This document shows positions 61,412 to 64,000 of a DNA stretch of 64,000 nt, one piece after another. The stretch comes from Azolla caroliniana. Its lineage: Eukaryota > Plantae > Polypodiophyta. The stretch is taken from assembly GCA_043228905.1 (NCBI GenBank), contig JBHGNT010000006.1:3348001-3412000 (forward strand), in the 5' to 3' direction. A model generated the notes under the pieces. The model was not told the origin of the DNA. It made no database searches and saw nothing but the letters and a program-made list of their open reading frames with translations. The translations under genes and the position numbers were made by a program. Every line of letters begins with the position of its first letter. Position 1 is the first letter of the stretch.

Positions 61412-63757
61412 CGCACACTGAGATAGCTTAGTCTTGTCACATCAAACGACACCATGGTGAGAAAGATGTGATTGAGTGCATATGGTAATTTCATGTAGGC
61501 GTCAAACATGTTGGGCTCATGCGAGTGTGACTAATAACATTGCAAATTTCTATTCATGGTACCCTTGTTATATTTGGTTATAACTTATAACTTATGATTA
61601 TATCTAAAAAGCTAAATATTTATGTATATCGTAAGCATATCATTGACGTGTGCATCAAGTAGTTCACCTATTAAATTATAGTTGCATGTTTGCTCAGTTA
61701 GAAGATAACTTTTTTGTTTTATTAGGCTTTACATCTTGTTATTATTGTGCCAAGATTGTATTGGTAGGCAATTTACTTCCATGTTCTTTACTCTAAGCCA
61801 CATACTCGTGGACATCCACATATGTCCCTATTGGTCAACGAGTCCCACTCCCGTTTCACAAACCATCAGTCATGTTACACTTTCTTGATGTACCGTCACA
61901 TCATATAGAAATACTTTGATTACTTATGTTCCTTAAAATGTGTGATATTTGTTTGCCATCGTCAATGGATATAGGCATTGCAATTAGATTCAGATACATG
62001 GTAGCATTGCCAACATGTTTCGGTCGATGTTCTATCAATGTGTCCAATTATGATTGGAAGGAAAGAAAACAATTAAGTATTCAAAATATCTTGTAGTTTT
62101 GATAAGTTCACCCTTCCACAAGCAGGGGTAAGCATATGTTCGCGTGGCCTTCACTATCAAGGATTTGGTTTTCCAAAAACATTTAAGAGGTTTACACATT
62201 GTAAAAATGATGTGGGGATTGTTGTTTTTCCTCGAGACTCCTTCCAAAGTTCAAACTCTTTTGAGAATCCATGTTTATTGTTTTTAGCATGCATCACAAA
62301 GTAGTAGTTAATGTAATGTAAATAGCTTAGTTAATAGTAACTAATTAGTTGTGGTTAATAAGCAATGTAACTAATAGGTAATGTAATGTAATTAACTTAT
62401 TATCTATTAGTAGCTTTAGTTGTGCCTAATAATCGATGTAGCTAATAGGTAACGTAGTGCAATAGCTAATATAGTTATTTACTATTACGCTAACAATGAG
62501 AAATATTCATATTGAAAGATCTTAGCTTATTGACTAATTTAGATTATTAGGATGAGACAAGGTTCTAACTACCTAATTGACAAGGAATAGTTTATTATCT
62601 CGGTAGCTAAGTCATGTACAAGTGTAGTAGGTGGTTAGTTATGTATATCACAATAACGCTAATAAGCTATTGTTGCCCTTGTTTTCATTTGTCTCGTATT
62701 AGAATCTTTAACAATTAGGACCATCACGAGCTTGTATGGGAAGGAAACATGTCTCTATGTTATTTACTTTAACCACATACATATGGACTCTCATACACAG
62801 GCCCTCTTAGTTCGATGTTTGAGGAACATCACTCATGATCTACTCTCTCCATATACCTCTACACATGTGACGAGAAATGGATGTCACTTAAAATGCTCAA
62901 CCTTTTGTCGCCATCTTTAAAGGCACTACATTTGGATTCAAATACATGGCAACTTTGTCAACATGCTTCGGTAAACGTTTTATGCACATACCCCAATTAT
63001 GATTGGCAAGAATGTTAATGCTTGAGTATTTGAAATATCTCATAAAAATCGTTATTAACTTATTTCATCCATGTAAAGCATGAACAAACACATGATTGCT
63101 TGGCCTTGACTATCATTTATGTGTTTTTGTCAACATATTTCAATAAAAGTTCTATACATGTGCCCCAATTATGATTGTTGAGAACATTAAATGCCTAACA
63201 GTTCGTCGATAGATGTGACAATATCTATATCTTCTTCCTTATACATTATGAAAATTTGTATTTGTTAGGATACAAAACATTACACTATGTTCTTCAAGTA
63301 CTCATTAAGGTACTATATCGAAATATTTTTGAAATAAACAAAGAAATAATAAAGAATTTATTCATTGCATTAGTCTATCTTTCATTATGACCTAGAGGAT
63401 AATGAAATGGTATGTAGTGGATTGTTTATGTTGCAAGGGCGCTTGCCCGATGAATATTTTAGTACATTGGTTAACTACTCAACGTTTTCTTTCAATATCA
63501 TATTGTTTGGTTTTTGTAAATGTAGGGCTTGTCATGAGAGTATAGTAGGTAGGTAGAACATTCATGTTTCCACCCTTTTAGATGGATTTGTAATATCTTA
63601 ATCTATTGATTAAGTGAGGTGCAGTTTAATGGAGGAGTTGGAGACCTAGGTTGGGCGACTCCAACCCCAATACGTCGACATAATAAAGGAAATTAGAATT
63701 AGAATTTTTATCTTCCATAAAGAGGCTAGTTTTGACGGGGCCATTTTTATCATAATG

Positions 63758-63788
<31 letters not shown>

Positions 63789-64000
63789 TGGAATATGACG
63801 ATCTTACTAATTAAAGAGGGAGGTTTGAAAGGTACAAAGCATTAGCCTATATACTCCATTGGCATGTGAGAGCCTTAACTATTATAAAACTATACATATG
63901 CTATGGATTTATTAGTACTTCGGCAATTAAGAATCACTTAGTTATAAACCACCCCAACCCCATTGGGTGACTTGGTTAGACGAAAAAACATGCAGGTACA

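Overview
Eukaryotic nuclear DNA from a land plant, probably a non-seed plant such as a fern (inferred from the retroelement types and the bacterial-type pirin; not proven). There are five spliced host genes: a BRANCHLESS TRICHOME/At5g41620-like coiled-coil gene (+), an At3g07760-like SAM-domain gene (+), a YhhW-type pirin (-), an RLCK-like probable pseudokinase (-) and MAP1A methionine aminopeptidase (-). A 23.8-kb transposon nest (8162-31966) resolves almost completely. A decayed Copia (TSD CTAAC) contains four insertions of one Gypsy LTR family, a second Copia lacking its 5' LTR, and two hAT-like MITEs stacked at one 8-bp site. The Gypsy family is the most interesting system. It has a tRNA-Trp primer site, 4-bp targets that all have a central CpG (4 of 4 insertions), a DHG protease motif, a candidate GGAUUUU -1 frameshift with a downstream stem-loop/pseudoknot, and a probably non-autonomous relative. 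All coordinates were read by eye and no database search was run.
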